From: Amphiscolops sp. MND2022
Taxonomy: Eukaryota
Direction of reading: 5' to 3'
Length of the DNA stretch: 64,000 nt
Assembly: GCA_964187785.1 (NCBI GenBank)
Contig: OZ076409.1
Span: 80,850,001 to 80,914,000 of the forward strand
In this document: piece after piece, positions 36,401 through 48,400 of the stretch
Layout: each line of letters begins with the position of its first letter
Position numbering within the stretch: the stretch's first letter is position 1
Notes under the pieces: generated by a model
What the model saw: only the letters and a program-made list of their open reading frames with translations
Database searches by the model: none
What the model was told of the DNA's origin: nothing
Program-made: the position numbers and the translations under genes

Positions 36401-39400
36401 AGGAGGTACCATTCGACCAATTGAAAATTTCGGAAAGACGCACAGAGCCGAAAAAAACTGAAATGAGGTATTTTCTACTATCAATAAGAAACCTCATCAG
36501 TTCCACATGATCAAAAGTAACAAGAGGTCACCCTCAAAACTCGGGAAACTTATTTCCTTTACAGAAAACCTCAAAAACTAAAAATTGCGAAAAATGTCTT
36601 TCGAAAATTGTTTATCAAAAAAAATTGAAAAATTTCTTTCACTCGGTAAGTTGCATAGTGCCGAAGAAACGAAAACTGGCCAGCTATCGCAGAAGTAATA
36701 AAATAGGAGGTTCCTTTAAAAATGGGCAAAGATGAATCAAAACTTTCTTTTTTCGAACTTCTCAGCGTTTTTATAGAGCATTGGCTATTCTTGAGCCTCA
36801 AATTTATATAGTTTCAGAACAGTTCGAGGCGGAAAATATCTCGCTGCTCAGCGGGCGTCTTGTTTGAAAACGTCTCAAAATCACCCCCAAAACGTTCCAT
36901 TTTCGGACATTTTAAGGCAAGGTTCAAGCAGATTTCGAACCATTCGAGCTGTAAGAACACTCAGAGCTCAACGTAAAACCAGCGAGCTATCCCGTACGCT
37001 ATTACGTACCAACTAACAAGAGTAATCTCATGTTTTTTCAGGAAATGTCTCAAAATTATCTTGAAAGTTCATTTTCAACTACTTTAGACGATTTCTTTGA
37101 TGTTTCTGAACGTTTCAAGAGCTTCAAACGCCTCCGTTTTCACAAACGAAGCAAACGGTAATCTGGTGCGCTTTTATGACGAGCAATTCGGAGGTTATGG
37201 ACAAAAAACCCTAATGTGACACGGAAAAAGAAACTTTCAGAATTTTTGACCATTGTGCCGAACTTTTGTACAGTTTTTGGAAGTTTTTGAGAGAAGGAAC
37301 ATACAGGGAGTTTCAGGACGACACAAACTATCCACAAAAGTTTTACAAGAGAAATTTGATGAATTTTGTTCAAAAATGCAATGATATCATCCGAAAAATC
37401 GAAAAGTTTACAAATGTTGATCTTTTCAAACAATTTCTGATCAAATTTCCCATGTTTTTCATGGTTTCAAAAAGAAAACATGCAGTACTTTAGGAGACTT
37501 TTAGGAAAACAGGCAATAGGAAGTTGATCAACTAGAAAGCATTTAAGTGCTCAAAATTTTGGATACTTTGGTAGTCTTTACCGTGTTCAGAAACGAATGT
37601 AATATCTAAGTTTTTTTACTCTTTTGGACAGAAACGTTTTCAAAAAAGCTTTAAAATGGTCCGAAAAATTTAAAAAAACACAAAAATTACTTTTTTGACA
37701 TTTTCGTGGAGATTTTTGAAGTTTTTGTGTTTTTTTCTCAAATTAAAGAACTAACAAAATCCAGAAGTTTGAGCGACGAACAAAACAACTGTCCAGTACG
37801 TTTTTAGATTATAGATTTGAAGCGTTTTTCAGAAAATAAATTTTTTGAAGATTTTTCCGGTATAATTTTCGGTGGTGGGTCTGAATAACCACAGCGGTCG
37901 AAGACAAAATAATTGCTTCTTTAGCATAACGAGGAAGGTGACGATTTATTTACAAAATACACTAACAAGAGCCAAATTTGGGTGTAGATATCTTCACAAT
38001 TGAGCCTCAGGAAAAAGTAACTATTTTAGTTGGGAACGGAAAATATACATCTCAACTGGTTTCTTGTTCTCTGTCTTATTTCAAACAACCAATTCAAAGT
38101 TAGACAACAAAGGCGAGAAAGAAAGACATGTTCTATCGGCAAGCACTACTTTCAGAGGGCCTATTTTGCAGAAGGCGTTTCTGGGGACCTTTCTAAGATT
38201 CTTTTTAGTCGGCGCTTTTCTTGGGAAAAGCGACTATAGTAATGGCTTTTTGTCAGTTTTGTTTCGGTACACTTGAAATGTCTACTTCAATTTTGGTAAA
38301 ATCCTTTTTACTAAATACTACATGTGAGCTGTGAAGTACTACGGCCTAAGTATTACATGAGAGATGTAAAGGGGTCCCTTTGACGATAACGCAATCAATT
38401 CCGGATTTAATGCAAACCGGATATAACGAATTCAGAATATAGCGTATTCCGGAAATAACGTTTCTTGGAGAATTTTAATGATACCTCTCAATTGTTAGGA
38501 TACTTAGAGTTGATACAAAATAAATTGAAGCCAATAAATCCACCCTTTGGATTTGTTTTCGGTATTGTGACACCTAATTATTTCTCATTTTAACGAATAC
38601 CGGATATAACGTATACCGGATATGACATTTTTCGGAAAGTTTGCCAAGGTTACAAAAGTCCCTGTGACATGCGAAGGTCACAGCCCAAAAAGAGCAACAG
38701 TGTTGTTGTCAAACAAACTCATAAACAACGGACTTAGCTACTGCTCTTCTTATGTTTAGTCGATATGATGTAAAAGATACATTACTCTATCATTATGTAT
38801 TTGAGATAGACAATACAGCCGAAGAGATATTACTGTACCTAACCTGTTTTAAATCTAGATTTAGCGATCTTAACATGGCGCAGTAAGAAAGATTTCTTTT
38901 TACCAAATTTGTTCACCTCTTTTACCCTTTCTACCCTACCAACATACAACTATACTAGAATGGCCGTAGCAACCAAAATACAACTACCATATCTAGAAGA
39001 CACCGGATTAGACGGCAAGAAATTATATACAGCCAAAGAATGGACCGGAAGACTCCGGCACTACATAAAAAGAATCTATAACATCGACATCAAACCGATA
39101 TTAACGGATGACGCGGTACCAACCGGAGACCCCTGGAATACAAAAAAACAGATATCAGACAAGATTTTATCTGGGGCGCCGGACCGTCAGCAATTGAAAT
39201 CATCACAAAAGGTGAATTCAATACGGATCCAGATACAATTACAACCGACAAATTATTACAGCTATTCAAAGAGTACTACATGCCGAAAAGAAATACATAT
39301 CATAGCCGCGGAGATTTCTTCTGGGCCAAACAAGAAGAAAACGAGACACCAGAAGAACACTGGAAAAAGCTGATAACACTTGAAAAGAACTGCGAATTCA

Positions 39401-42400
39401 AAGATATTAAACAGAAAAACCTATTCATTTCAAAATTCATCACGAGTATAACCGATAAAAAACTTCGGGAGAAACTTATCCGCGAGAAGACCCTAAACCT
39501 GGAAACCACCGTAGAGCTTATCACACAAAACAGCTACGACCGCCGACACAAACAATCTACCATACCAGCCGCACTTGCAAAAGATAAAGAAATCAAAGAA
39601 GAACCAATCCAAAAAATACAACCAAAATTCAAAACCGATAAATACGGTGACAGAACAACACAAAAGAAAAACAACTGCGGATTTTGTGGACAACAAAATT
39701 GGAACCCACAACATACATGCCCGGCAAAAAACGCGAAATGCAACAATTGCCAGAAAATGGGCCACTTCGCACGAGTATGCCGCAGTAAACAAAACAGAAA
39801 CGACCAAAGAAGAATCAACTATCTGGAAGAAACAAGTTCAGAAGAAGAAGAAAGCGAACCCGAAGAAATCCGCCAAATAACACAAATAAACAAAATACTA
39901 CCCGACAACAACGACCACTACGGCGTCGAAATGATAATAAACGGGAAAAAGCAAAAATTTATCATCGACACCGGATCCCCGGTCACCATCATGCCATACG
40001 ACCAGAAATTACACAAAACAAAAGAAATCAAACCAATGAAAGAAAGATACCAGGACGTAAACAAAAATGAAATCAAATTCATGGGAAAAACATGGGTAAC
40101 CGCGGAATACAACTGGATCTCAACCAAACTACCGATGCTAATCACCAAAAGTAACGATATCACACCACTACTGGGAGTAAATTGGTTAAAACAACTGCTA
40201 ATAACGATAAACAAAATCTCATTGGACAACGAAGCCAAGCAATCAGAAAGCGTATACAAAAAGTACCACAAACTCTTCGACACCAACCATACAATAAAAG
40301 ACGCCGAAGTCAAAATACAAATAAAACCGGGATGCTACCCAATACAACAAAAAGCACGACCGATACCCTACCATTTGCAAGAAGATGTAAAAAACGAACT
40401 GAACCGATTAATAGAATCCGGACACTTAGAAAGACTAGAAACAATCGAAGAAGATTGCTTCGTATCACCCGTAGTAATTATCCCGGTACAAGAATTTAGA
40501 GGCAGGCCAATCAAGGAAATCGCGGTACGCTACGTACGCATCAACCGCGTAATAGAAAACAAAGCTATAAGGAACAAAAAGCAAGAAGATAATGTTAGAG
40601 CGGCAGAATTAGACTTCATGCTCGATCTTGAAACCCTAATCAAAGAAACCGCCGCAGACCTGGACTTGATTGAACTACAATGCTGCATCGAAGACAACAA
40701 TCTCAGCCAGGCCCCAGAAGCCTACAAACCAATCATAAAGAATTTAACCCACCGCTGGGGAATCACCATGTTTGACGACAGAATTATCGTCCCAAAAAGC
40801 CTCAGATACGCAGCACTGAACGCACTCCCTTTCGGGCACCCCGGAATCAACAAGATGTGTGGCGATGCAGCCAAATTCTGGTGGCCGAACATGCGGACCG
40901 ACATTGAGAAAAAAGCAAAAACCTGCTCTGCCTGCATGAAGGCCGGTAAGAATTTGAAATGTCAAATACCAAGTACCGAAAAAACAAAAATAGAACCGCC
41001 AGAAAACCCAGGCGAGGAAATCCAAATGGATTTCACCGGAAATCTAAATAGTAAACATTTTGAACACTCCCCTTTCATACTAATCGCCGTTGATAGCAAT
41101 AGCCGATGGCCGGTAGCAAAAATTTGCAAAAATACGAATCATGAATCCGTAATAACATTCATTCCTAAAGGAATATACCAATATTTACGGCGTTCCGAAA
41201 TCAATTAAAACGGACAAAGGAAGCGCTTTCATATCGAAAGAATTTACCAAATATTGTAATGAAAACAATATTACCCGTAAATACGGTACAGCAAACCTAC
41301 ATACTGGAACGGGATTGGCTGAGAGAAGCATCCAATCCATGAAGAATCTACTAAAAGCCAATTTAGAAGACGGAACCAATCTTAGAAATAGTTTAGACAA
41401 AGCAATATATGTGCTTAGATTTACAACCCATTCTGAACTACAAAATACACCTTTCGAACTCCATTTTGGACGAAAACCCAGAACGAAACCAACCAACCTA
41501 AAAAATGCTATTTCAGCCGATTCAAAAGACTTGTCCGTGTACATAACCCGAAGCTCTACGGGCGAAATCACCGACCACTTGGTGATGTCCAAGAAGAAGA
41601 CAACCGATCCAATGTACAGACGGGGATGACCTTCTCCCAGACGAAAAAACCGCCAAATACGGTCAGTACGAACAAATACCCTTTCTCTTTCTACGAAAAG
41701 AACTACAAAACGAATTCACTGGGCAGCAAATTTAGTAACAAACTACAAACAGCTATTTCGGGTACTAAACATACAATTACCACCGATAAAAATAAAGTAA
41801 TACACAGAAAACTAATATCCAACCCATTACCATTTCAGAACAATACAACACCGACGAAACGGGTAACCACCCGACAAACGGCTGCGGATCAACCGTCTTG
41901 CTCCAATCCAACTGAACCACTAACAACTTGTGTCTACAGAAGGAAGGTACCACTAAAGCCGAACAACCACGAAAACAGTGAAGACTGGATCCACAGGAAA
42001 GACCAACCGAGAAATGAGAAGGGACAATTCACTTCCCTACAGAAGAATACCGGCAACATGACGGACTTAGACCTGAGCATAGTCTCAGATGACGAAGTTA
42101 ACTGCTACAACAACAGTGAAGGCAGACCAATAAGCGTGAATGTAGACGACGAACTACAAATTCACCCAAAAGAAACAAGACTATCGCCTGAGACAGGTAT
42201 AAACAACGACCACATAATAACTAAACCAACAACGCCCGTAAGAAGGTCTAGAAGACTACCATTTGCAAAACAAACCAATAAACTAGGCGGTATCCCTTAC
42301 CAAACCAATAATAACCGTAAAAGAAATAAATATAACCATAATCTGTTACAGGAAAAACGGACGACACCACCACAAAACAAGGAAGAAGAGGAAGACCGTA

Positions 42401-45400
42401 ACATACGGACAAAAGAAGAAGTCAACCGTATCATACGGGACCAACACCCCAAAACTCCAAACCACAAACCCACATGAAGACGGGGGAATGTGACATGCGA
42501 AGGTCACAACCCAAAAAGAGCAACAGTGTTGTTGTCAAACAAACTCATAAACAACTGACTTAGCTACTGCTCTATTTATGTTTAGTCGATATGATGTAAA
42601 AGATACATTACTCTATCATTATGTATTTGAGATAGACAATACAGCCGAAGAGATATTACTGTACCTAACCTGTTTTAAATCTAGATTTAGCGATCTTAAC
42701 AGTCCCCTTTTCAAATTTTAGAATATTCAGAATTAATGCAAACTCAATTAAAACCAAAGGGTCCTCTTTGGATTTTTTCGGTATTATGAGACATTAGTAT
42801 TCTTCTCCCACTTAGCGAAGAGCAGATTTATTCTCAATACTTTATCATATTAGTTCAAACATTTTTTGGCTTTGTGTGTCTTTTTTTGAAACGTTCACTT
42901 GGTCAAAGGATACACTCCCGCTTTCATAGCCGATTTCGACTTGAGTAGACGTAGTTTTGTGAATGTAAAGTTCCTTCATTGGTGTCGTCAGGGTCGTCGA
43001 CCCTTGCGAGATGTCGGGCCTGCAGCACAGGTGAGCAAAGCAATCCACTGCACTTGATCTCAGGTAACCCAGAAGTATCCAGAGATCCTCATATTCAAAC
43101 AATAGTGACATTCAAACCCTTTCATAAACTTACATGTTTGTTTGAAGAAGTGTCCAGTTGAATGTTGTGTTTTCTATCTTTGCTATAGATACGGATATCT
43201 TTTGTGAATATTGATGTTTTTTGTTGTTTTCATTTTCTGTTGGTGTAATCTTTAAAAAAGGAAAATGGGTTGATCAAATAAAAACAATCAAAAGGGCAAC
43301 TCGATTGTTGCCTGAAATGAACCCAATCATTATTTTATTGCACAAATTAGCGAAATGAGGTCATATTTGATGCATTTTTGCTTCCTTGTAATATTAGAAC
43401 ATACATACCGTAATTATTGCGAAAAACACTTAAAAACGGTATGATGACACACTCAGAATGCAGCATAACAAACCCACACACATTGTGCTTACAACCTATA
43501 CTGCATTAGGCGGTTTGCATGAAACAGCATATGCGGTTTTAATAAAACAACGGCATAACATCTACATGTGTGTTCATGCATACACTTCACGTCACAGTAT
43601 GCGGAAAATTTACAGAAACAGCATGATGATCTTAATCAGAAACAGCATAATGATCATTTATACTGGTGCTCTCATATTATGACGTATCATGTAGTTCATG
43701 CGGAAGCTTCAGAAAAACAGCATAATGATTGAAGATGAAATCGGCATAATGAATATCTGTGCGGCGGGGCTAGTACATTATACTGCAATATGCAGTTTTC
43801 ATAAGACAGTATATGCGGAATTATGACAACAATCAGCATCATCTGCAGAAAATTGTGTGTTAATCCGCCGCTACCACAGGGCTATATTTAAACTTTCTAG
43901 GGACATGATATAACGATTTATTTTTAACTTCTGACCCTAGAAACATGACGTTATGATGATTTCTTAAAATTGATGGTCATGCTGCTAAAAATACCACCCA
44001 ATGGAATCATTTGAAGAGAGACCCTTAAAAAGCATTTTTTAACCATCAATCAAAACAAAATACCCTTACAAGACAGTCAAAAACCCAAGACACCCCAAAT
44101 TTGCAAGACAATCGTGCAGTTTCTACATTTTGCAGTCCTGTACTGTAAAATACTTCCTATTTCATTTCACCCAATATCTTTGTAATTCAAAGATTTTTGC
44201 ACTCAACACTGTTTTCATCAAGGGAAACAAAAGAAATAGACGTTCAAGGAGAGTAGAATCTCAGTCTTCAGATAGAGACGAAAACACCTCAGAAACAAGC
44301 TTCACTCAAGGTAATGCGTCTTTAGTTGATGTTTCTGAAAACGTTAATAACATTTTTGACAGGAACTTGGGCAGCGAACTAACAGAGCTTTCGCAAAACA
44401 GTAATGAGATAGATGTAATAAGCCAGAGATTGGCTGAGCAAAACAACAACAAAATGACACAACTTGAGCAACAACTGAATAACAAATTTGAAGAAATACT
44501 CAAAGAAATCAGAACAAATAGAAACAGCAATTTAGTGAATGGTGAGGAGGATGCTGAGAACAACAGACCTAGTACTTCAAATTCAGAAAACAAGTTTCTC
44601 AGGAGAAAGCACGCATCAAATAATGAAATCGATAAAGACACACATCAGGATAGTCCCTTTCAGTTCTCAGAAATGTATGAACTAAAGCAGCCGTCAACTC
44701 CTTTTGGAGTTGCAAATGGGACTTTAGATGATACAATTATAATAAGCGAAAACAGACAGGAAGCCGATTATCACAATTGGCACTATGACTTCTTCAAAAA
44801 TCGAATTGTTTTTCGAAAAAAAATGATTTTTTTGTGTTTCCTGTTGGAAAATGCGTGTCCTTTGAGGTATTTTTCGCAGAATATGATAATAGTTTTAAAA
44901 CCAGTGTTCTTTGCATATTCAAGAAACTTAGTTTTTTGAAACTTGAGCGGGGCGCCGACTTGAGCCGGTCCCAGCTTGTTTCTTGAGCTAATTACGATAA
45001 TGTAATCAGCTATTCTCATCCTTCAGTGCTCTAAATGCAGGAGCGAAGCGAAGTGCCAGTGCCATTACTAGACCAGCAACTGGTTTTGACAAAGGCCGAC
45101 TTTCGGAAGGAGTGACCGCCGAAGGACGAAGGCTCAGTAATACAACCAATTTGAAAATAGTCGCTGGTATTGAATTCTTCCGATTCTTCGAATAGCTTGA
45201 GTTGTTTCAACGATATGACTATTCTAGTAATTGAATAGTCACCATTGTGATTCTGTAACCATAAACAATAATGTCGTGTAGTCTATATTCATCCTCTTTA
45301 CCATACACATGTATAATCATACTACAATCAGGCTGGAGTTGAACTCTGTCTTTGAGGCAGGCTATAGTTAGCATGTTTTTGCAAGGAATGGAAATCCTGG

Positions 45401-48400
45401 CACTGTTAGCGAAGCAATTACTTTTATCGAACCTGCGATTCTCAAATGGCATCAATGCGTTAAACTAGCGAAATTTGAAGTAACTAATTTGACAACACAA
45501 AATAACATATTGTGTCATGCATTTCGAGTAATTTGATCGAATACCTTTTCAGGTTCCAGCAACACGGATTTTTTTGATATTGAGGTATCAAAGCACATGA
45601 AAGTTTTCACAGAGCGATTGTTTCTTGGCACTAGGGCGCTTTCTTAATTAGTTTTTGCATGGTTTTTGCATGCATAGTTTTTCCAATGGCGCTAAGGAAA
45701 AGGTTGAAACGAAAAGCAATTTTTTGCTCAACATTCTTTTTAAAAGTTGAATAATATACACTGTCTTGCTGTTGATTTCTAGTTAAAAAATAACTTTTCA
45801 TTGTTTCAGGAAAGACCCCGACCAGCGTATATCAAACAATGTATCAAGATAAAGAAGAATCCGGTGACAGGAAAACCGGAGCCCTATTTTCCCAGTGAAG
45901 TGAAAAGGAGCAGAAGGATCATCGGTGGATTCATTCTCATCTTTATCGTGCGTTACTTCAAACACGTAGTTGTCAAACCTTATCAGGACGTGAAACTCAC
46001 GACTTTTGAAACTCTTTGAAAGCAACAAAAATTAAATTAACTTGGCTATTCAAATTAAATCATCAAATACTTGACATCTCTGTATTAATATTTGGAAAAT
46101 TATCACAAAGTCCCATTATGTTACCTCACTTTTTCTTGGTAAAATTGCATACTTTTAAACTTGAAACTTAAACAATACATGTTAACAAGTTGATTGATTT
46201 CTGAAGGCCCAAATTGCCTCCATGTTGTTTTCCGTTTTCCAGATTTTGTTGATATTCGGAGTGCTTCTGTTGGTGGTCATAGTGCGTTCGCTTTCCACAG
46301 CGTGGGTGTTCAGTTGGGGGGTACAGATCATCAACGATTTTGGGGTGCCCCCCATAATAGCCAATGGGATAGGAACCATCGTACAGGTCATTGGGCTGCT
46401 CATCATCACTACTGTGAGATTTGCATTATACTTTTTTCACGCTAAGTCAGTCTATGCAAATTCAAGCATGTATTAAAACCTCTCCTGTTTTGTTTTATCC
46501 AACACCGGATAGCTTCTGGATGTTTGAGTTTTGTTTTTATTGTGTGTGTTCCACTATCATCACCTCTCAAAAATTCTGGAAACTTCCCTTCTAACACTGT
46601 TTTAGTTCACATTGAAAACAATTTCAGTGTTCTCTTGGTGAAGATGAAAAATTTTATTAATTAAGATTATTAATTGTGAAATTGACTGGGAGCCCAGAAT
46701 ATCATGCCTTCAGGGAGTATTTAGGAAGTTGAACCAATTGTTCCATTTCAATATAAGTAAGAATTAAAAACTTGTTTATTGAATTGGTTGCCTGAAGAGT
46801 TGATCGAACTGTAATTTATCGTTGCCAGATTTGGAAGAAATTAGCGGAGGTGTTGACTGAATGGGAAGCCAATCGAACAGAGGGTGAATATGAGAACTCC
46901 CTATCGATGAAGCTATCTGTAGTGGCCTTCTTGGAGCTCTACTTGCCCATTCTCTACATCGCATTCTTCAAAGGAAAGTAAGGAAACATCCAATGCGTCT
47001 ATTAAAACCATCTTGTTCCTTGATTTTGTGTTTGATGAGTATAGTTGAAAAACGTGTTCATGATTCAGAGCTAAAATTTGGATGAGGCAAAACGTTTTTT
47101 GTTGATTATCAACTAATACAGTCCTCGGTAAAATGCTCTTCTTGAGTTTTCAAGAGGGAAAATACTGAACAACAATCGATTTTGTCGATTACCTTCAGTT
47201 TGCGATTTTTCAAACTTATTGTTGTTCCGTGTTTTTTTGCAATGACAATAATGAAAAAGAAACTATGTGGGTCTCTCCGAGAATTTTGTCTCATTTTTTT
47301 GCAAAACAAGATGAAAAGCTTCAATCCGTAAACCTTCATTAAATCGCACTTTGAAAACGTGTGCAATAAACGGCGCGCCTTCACTTTATTGCTCACGTCG
47401 TGTCGTGTGAATAGAGGACTAGGTGGACCTGGGTTCTACACGCGGATAGTGGGCGCGAGGCTGGAGAACTGTCCGAACAGCGACTGTCTGTGGGAGATGG
47501 CCATGCAACTCATTGTGTTCTTCGCTGTCAAACAGTGGATACAGAACGTAGTCGAACTCGGTGTCCCGTTAGTCGTCCTTCATCCACTTTTTGAATCACT
47601 AGCATGAGAGCAGTTCACAAAGCCTTGAAACAAGTCGTCCTCTTTCTTTCAATCTCCTTATCCACGTACAAGTCTGGCATTAGTAATTAAATCTTTGTTC
47701 TACTTGCTGAAAGGTCTTTAAGAACAAATTCAAGCAAAAATCGAGATACAGTGAATGTATTTGAATGAAACTGTGGAAATTTTAGTTTTTGGCGTGCACA
47801 AAAATTTTCATGGCTTTTGTACGAAGTACATACGACAGGCAGAACTATGTTAATCATGTTTTTAGACCGCCGGAATAGTGAAAACAGCTGAAGAGGCTGA
47901 CAATAGCGCGTTTTATTACAACTCATTTGGCAAACCTGATGTTTACTTAGTAAACGAAAGTTCTTAGGTAGAATTAATAAGTTAGCGAGTGACGTCGTCG
48001 ATGTAATTGTTCGAATTGTCTAAGTCAGAGTTGATCTCTGAGAGCGAATTTCACTAAGTCCCACTTTTGAGCGAAATTATCCTAAGATACAACAATGGAA
48101 ATCGTCACATTGCAAATCTTTAACCCCCCCAAACGGTTTCTCTCAAAGACTATTAATCGTAGGGACTTGAAATTTGGCACACGTAGACCTGAAATGTTGT
48201 GCTACTCGCCTATAAAAACGGAACCGAGCCGAGACCCCCCAGTCCCGGGCTATTAGCACCGGAAGTGACCTAGGTCGACCCCCCTTCGAACTCGTCGGCC
48301 AAGCCGGGAATAAGTCATATAACAAATGGAACCGATAGCCCATATGATATTAAGCCCTTTGCGTATATTTTTGGAACCCTACGACGCGTGTAGGAGGAGC

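Larger units (their letters stand above)
14397..36864 (+). mobile_element. Helentron-like (HINE) non-autonomous element split by the giant transposon (arms 14397-14772 and 33717-36864)
   Basis: 5' hairpin TTTTCCGCCCATATTTCATATGGGAAAGGAAAATA; 3' GGCGGAAAATA followed by hairpin CGCTGCTCAGCG and CTTGTT; about 140-bp internal subrepeats. The joined arms are colinear with the uninterrupted copy at 56491-61067. A related 5' end occurs at about 13844. Confidence 0.75.

Noticed and set aside
33717..38600. Many short ORF-track calls in AT-rich repeats (also 56500-61200)
   Set aside because: Low-complexity F/K-rich translations of non-coding repeat subunits.
45024..45160. Shared segment with 63270-63380 as a possible structured ncRNA
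   Set aside because: Better explained as the end of a dispersed non-autonomous repeat; no tRNA, snRNA or ribozyme consensus recognised.
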